A stretch of DNA of 64,000 nt. Origin: the human T2T-CHM13v2.0 reference genome, Homo sapiens. A program made the translations under genes and the position numbers. The notes beneath the pieces were generated by a model. That model was not told the DNA's origin, searched no databases, and worked only from the letters and a program-made list of their open reading frames with translations. Location: assembly GCF_009914755.1 (NCBI RefSeq), contig NC_060947.1; one strand, given 5' to 3'. This document shows positions 58,771-64,000 of the stretch, in pieces; the stretch's first letter is position 1; every line of letters begins with the position of its first letter.

Positions 58771-60673
58771 ATTTCCCTTTCCCCTTTAATCAGGCAAATG
58801 ATAAAATAGAATGCTAATCAGTGGCCTACGGGAAAAAACAACAACAACAACAAAAAAAAAAACAGCAAACATGGCATTTCAGGAGGAAAAAATACATGGT
58901 TTCTACAAGAGTAAGTGAAGGGTGATGGTATTTCTAGGTAGCATCACAGGAGACTCATTTCACAATTTAAATAGGGGTAACTACCAGGCTAAAAAAGAGA
59001 TTGGCCCTGATCTGAAGGCATAGCACAGAGTACAGAAACAGGTACTGGAATATTAGCATCCCGTTGTGCTCATAATTTTTTTTTTAATTTACTTTCAGCT
59101 GTGCAGCTTTCTCTAATGCTTCTCCTGTGGCCATGCTGTTTTTTAACTTTGGCATGTTTTATTAAAAAGAAGAACACAGCAGTAATTGAATTCCAGAGAA
59201 CTAAACATCCCCAACTTAGATGTCTTTAACAAAACAAGAGATTTTGTGTTGCTTTAGGGACAACAGAAATAGAAGTTACAATTTTGATAAAACTCTAAAG
59301 AAATAAAGGTCACTAAGGGACGATTGTTTCCTGGTCACAATATCATGTTTTATGTCCTCAAAAAGCAACAAATTCTATACCTGTAACCTCAGTAACTGAA
59401 CAGCAGAGAAGCATTCCTATATTGTTGAAAAGAGAAGTTTTTGTTAATTACCTTGTTTTCATGTTCTTTCATTTCTTCTCTTAGTTATTTCTCAATGTCT
59501 ACTAGTCTCTGCTGGTTTTAATTTCAGCTCATTTCCTACTCCAACTACTAGATCTACTCCTTTCAAAATTTGTTTTCCTTAACATCTCTTTAATTCAGTA
59601 AGTGGATTCATTTGAAAAGACATAAAAATGGCACCGATATTATAGGATGTGGACCACCACGACAAAGAGAAAATACCTAGCACATCTAATAGGAAAGAGG
59701 ACTAATATTTGAGTGGGTTATTCTTATCATTTTTTCATTGTAAAAGTCACATAAAATACATTTTTGTGAAATGACAAGATAGCCATGGAAAATGCCATGT
59801 ATTTTGCACTAAAGGTTTGGACACTGTCACATTTTCCTGTGAAGTATATTTTTGAGGCAATTATTCCTGACTAATTATCTTTATGAGTTAAGTCTTCTCT
59901 AGGGCCAAGCAGATTCAACACTTACCTCTAGAAAAAGGATAAATTGTACTGTGAATTTTGATACCTAAAAATTAGTTAGTTATCAAATTATTCTTTTAAA
60001 AACCTGATCATTTACTTATAGATTGGCAACTAGTGGTCTTGGGCCAGGGAAAAGGTCATTTCTACCCTAGTTGTTTCATAGTATTTCTGAGGCCATATTC
60101 CTTGGTGATCATTCAAGGGTACCTTTGTGAGTAGTATAGCTTTAGAATTCAGTCTGGGGATTTTATAGATAATGGAGGATTCAGCTTTTCATATTACTTT
60201 CCATCATGTTTACTTCCTTTCAGACCTCAATCTTAACCTATAGATGATACTTCATTTTGAGTGAGTTTTTGCCATAACTTGCTTGCATCTTGATTCTCCC
60301 TGTACTTTTAAGGCCTAGGAGAGATAATAAGCATGTGCTGTCATTTTGTGCAGAAAATATAGGAAAGATAATTCCAAATCAAGTAGCTAAGGTAAATTCA
60401 AGCAATCCATGCAGAAGTAATTGTATAAAAATAAACACTAGATAATAGGGGGAAAAGCAAGATTTTTAACATACACAGTGAAGCTGTATTATGAATCCCT
60501 GTTGCTCATGCTAAAAAATTCATTTGAAACGTTGCTACAAATGTGAGTAACTTACAGGAGATACTGATTTTAATAAGATCCATTTGGTGCCTTAATCACC
60601 AAATCTCGGACAGGATTAAGTATAGATATCTTTCACATGAATGTTGCAAAATGTCCCAATATTTTAGGATATG

Positions 60674-60836
60674 CCATATTTTATTGATTTTTTTTACATT
60701 TTAGTATCTCTGAAATCAGTACATCCCTTAAAATTGATGGTATGTCAGAGTTTAATAGATAGATTTTTTTCTTTCTTGATGTAAAAATATAGTGCATCTT
60801 ATAACTGATGGCATCCTAGATGTGATAAAATACAGT
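60674..60836. mobile_element. MER104-like TcMar MITE
   Basis: acattttagtatctctgaaatcag...gatggcatcctagatgtgataaaatacag. Confidence 0.55.
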
Positions 60837-62129
60837 GTTATCTTGCTATTGTTCCTGAAGACATGTATATATGCTTTATTTTCTGTGCTTGACTATTTCA
60901 GCTTTTAAGAATGAAAGTTTCTGCCTGAAACTGGAAATCATAATTCTATTTTAGTAACTTTCCTTATGAATAGCCACAATTTAGTCTTGTCCCATTTTGG
61001 TGTAAACTTTTAACTTTCACATACACTAAATTACTAAAAGGATTGGTATACTACATATATAATCTAAGAGATATTTATTGACTAGACTAGATAAACAGAA
61101 GGATCAATATTTGTTTCAATTTTTATAATCAAATAATTCCTCTATTGTCTATTATAGTGAAAATTGTTAGTATCACAGCAATAATAGTATATTAATTTTC
61201 TAATGTCAAGCAAATTCAAATTAAGTTACTACAATCATTTTAACTTTGGCCCAAAATTTTATTTTGGTGGTGACAAGAAAAAATGTATAAATGCAATAAA
61301 ATGACAATGATAAAAATACAGTTTTAATGTACTTCAGTTGTCATCAAAATGTCATACAGCAATATGAATTAACATTTACGATAAAAATGCAGAAAATATT
61401 TTAAATCGTCTATTAGTTAATATTTTTCTTTTGAAGCATATATGAGTTTAGAATGTACTATACCTGATACCACATTATAATTTGTAATATAAAACACAAT
61501 TTCTAATAATTCATTGTCTCTGTCTTACTTGAACTTCAGAATATTTAAGTTGCTTATTTGCTGTGGGCAAAGCTGTTACAATCAATACAGTCTAAAGAAT
61601 TAAAGTGGAATCTCTGAAAGCAAATAAACAAAGATTTTAACTAATTTTATGGTAAATTATCATAAGAGAGTGTTTTCTGTGGGCTTGCATTATCTACATT
61701 TGCATCCTACACTAAGTGAATTTATCATTGGGTGATTATTCAAACAATGTGTTCTACGGTAAGCTCCTAGAAGTCTAATGCCAGTTTTTATGACTCTCTG
61801 TATTTCGTCAGCACCTAACAAAATGCTTTGAATTCAATAGAGTCTCAGTAATAGTCTGTGGAATAAACTGCACAACTATGAAAACATATTGCCAAGCTCC
61901 AAATGTGGGGTTATATGTTCTTTTCTTTCCACTGTACAATAGAATAATTGCAGACTCAAACATAGTAATTCCTCAACTGAGAAGCATTTTCAGTAATACC
62001 CTACTACTTTTGGATTACTAGCTATGATATAGATTAAAAACTTACCTCTCAAAGTCTCAGTACTATCATCCATGAAATCAGGAGAAGAGACCGTGGAGTT
62101 CACATGTGGACAGAAATATTTCATGAAAT

Positions 62130-62360
62130 AAAAAATAGTATACAACAATAAGTTAGTATATATTTTCAAAAAGTTAGAATATTAGGAAAGTTTCCAACAC
62201 AAATAAATGATAAATAGTTGTGATGGATATCCCAATTATCTTTATTTGATCATAACACATTATATACATGTATCAAAATAGCATATGTACCCCATAAATA
62301 AATATATACAATTCTTATATATTAATAAAAATATCATAAAAATTTAAGTTTTTAAAAATA
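62130..62360 (+). mobile_element. L1MA 3' terminal fragment
   Basis: ccaacacaaataaatgataaat...gatggatatcccaatt...atgtaccccataaat. Confidence 0.75.
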
Positions 62361-62408
62361 AATTCAGGACTGCCAACTTGCATGACATTGGGGAGCAACA
62401 TCCATATC

Positions 62409-62849
62409 TGTAATGTAGGGGTTGACTTCATTTTTGAGGTTTCACTGCTGACAGATTTCAAGTTCCAACACTTCACCTTCCCATTCTGCCCCATATCTTG
62501 GCAAACTGATAAGAAGGCTCAGGTGATCCCTCCTTTTTGATGTCAGCAGAAGTTAAACCACACAGACTCCAGCCTGTGTGCAAGAATCCTAACCCTGGCC
62601 CTAACCACATAAACACCCCAAGCCATTTCTTTTCCCTAATCTATCAAGGCATTTTCAGACCAACTTGGGAGCCATCTTGCTATTCCTTGAAAGCTTCGCT
62701 ATCTAGTAATAAACCTTTTCATGCCTTCTTGGTGTGTATGTGTGTGTGTTTGTGTGTGTGTGTGCACATGTTGTGTCATCAGTCTTGCCATCAAAACGAC
62801 ATTCTGAGTGTGGAGAAATCCACCCCACTTATGCAGAGTAGCCACAACA
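62409..62849 (+). mobile_element. Old solo LTR (MER54/73/74-like group)
   Basis: TG...CA ends, ctgataagaa motif, AATAAA at ~62708; family and left edge uncertain. Confidence 0.5.
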
Positions 62850-64000
62850 ATTTCCATTAGTCAATGTAAATGTATTTCCTTTTAGTTTTACAGTGTATAG
62901 TCAGTACTGCTGTACACAATGGCTCTGGATAGTTTCATCTATTTTTCAGTATCAGAAATACCACCAGTTTTGTTTTGAATAATGGACTTATATTTCTGGA
63001 AAGAGGTCAACTATTTTCAACATACATTTCTCATCCCTAGGACCTCTTTACAAATAAAGAAAGAAGACGACTGAAAAATTAAATAATTCATGCAGGGTCC
63101 CCCATTAGAAACCAAGTTTTTCAGTTCCCAGTTCAGTGGTATTTGCACTACATTGCTTTGCTTTTATGGCCTATCCACCAATTCCAAAGAGATCTTGCCT
63201 TGGGATGTGTCTGGGTGTGGCTTTCTATTTACATATAAAAAGTCATTCTGGAAGTAGCACAAATTTCATAGCCTCCCAAGCAGTCATGTCTGCTGACCCA
63301 ACTCTTCCCTGGAACTATAGACGATCTCCTGAAAGTCTAATAAAACTTCCTAAAAGGATTTCTTGGTAATTATGAATCTCTGAGTATAATGTCTCAAATT
63401 AGTCTTCAATTCTAACATATTTGTATTACGGTACTTCTTCACTCAAAGCATCAATTTAATAAAGACATCAGTAATGTGGATCAATTATTATTTATTGAAA
63501 AGCTTAATTTCAGAATGCTCTTGGATAATCCATGGGATTAGATTACTACCTGATAATGTAACCTATATATTTTATAGTGAAGGAATACTCACTAGGATGT
63601 TATCCAAATAGATTTTACAGCAATTAAACTGCAAACTTCTAGGGACCAATGTATTTAAATATAACATACCAGGCATCAGTTCAAAAGTTGCATTAAATCA
63701 TTGATCCAATGTGTTTCAGCATTAAAATACATAATTTACTACTGTATAACATAGCAATAACTGCAGAGATAGGGACACAGAGGAAGATACAGAAATAGAG
63801 AATAAGCCAACAGGAAAATTAAAAATTAATTTCACATTTAAAAAAATAGCTATTCTGTATCTGAGGAAAAAGAAAACTCTCCCTGAAAAATGTAAATGTA
63901 ACATTGAGGTTTACTAAGTGAAAGCAGGCCCCTCTCATTTTATTTTTAATAAAGTAATTCATTACCAGTAATTGGCATAAAATTTCTCCCTAAATGAGAC

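Noticed and set aside
58600-64000. AT-rich, largely non-repeat stretch
   Set aside because: No convincing ORF, exon chain, RNA gene or CpG island is visible; conservation cannot be judged without alignments.

Overview
Human (primate) genomic DNA, AT-rich and made up mostly of nested interspersed repeats. I see no intact cellular protein-coding gene. From left to right: (1) the 5' part of an L1PA2/3-type LINE-1 on the minus strand, inserted in the LTR of an internally deleted ERVL/MLT2 provirus; (2) a ~8.9 kb two-LTR MER66-like ERV1 provirus with decayed gag, an integrase tail and an env clearly homologous to placental EnvV (ERVV-1/2); (3) MER1A, old L1MC/L1MA elements with Alus, a complete MST MaLR carrying a diverged AluYa5, a MER4 solo LTR and a tailless 5S rRNA pseudogene; (4) a GTF3C6 processed pseudogene that appears to have landed in a Tigger2a element together with ~2.7 kb of 3' sequence containing older LTRs; (5) a near-full-length L1MA interrupted by a human-specific L1HS Ta-1 insertion with a twin-priming inversion and a 59-nt 3' transduction. 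The most interesting items are retrotransposition fossils rather than a new gene system. Repeat subfamily names come from recalled consensus sequences, not from an alignment run, and should be confirmed with RepeatMasker/Dfam.
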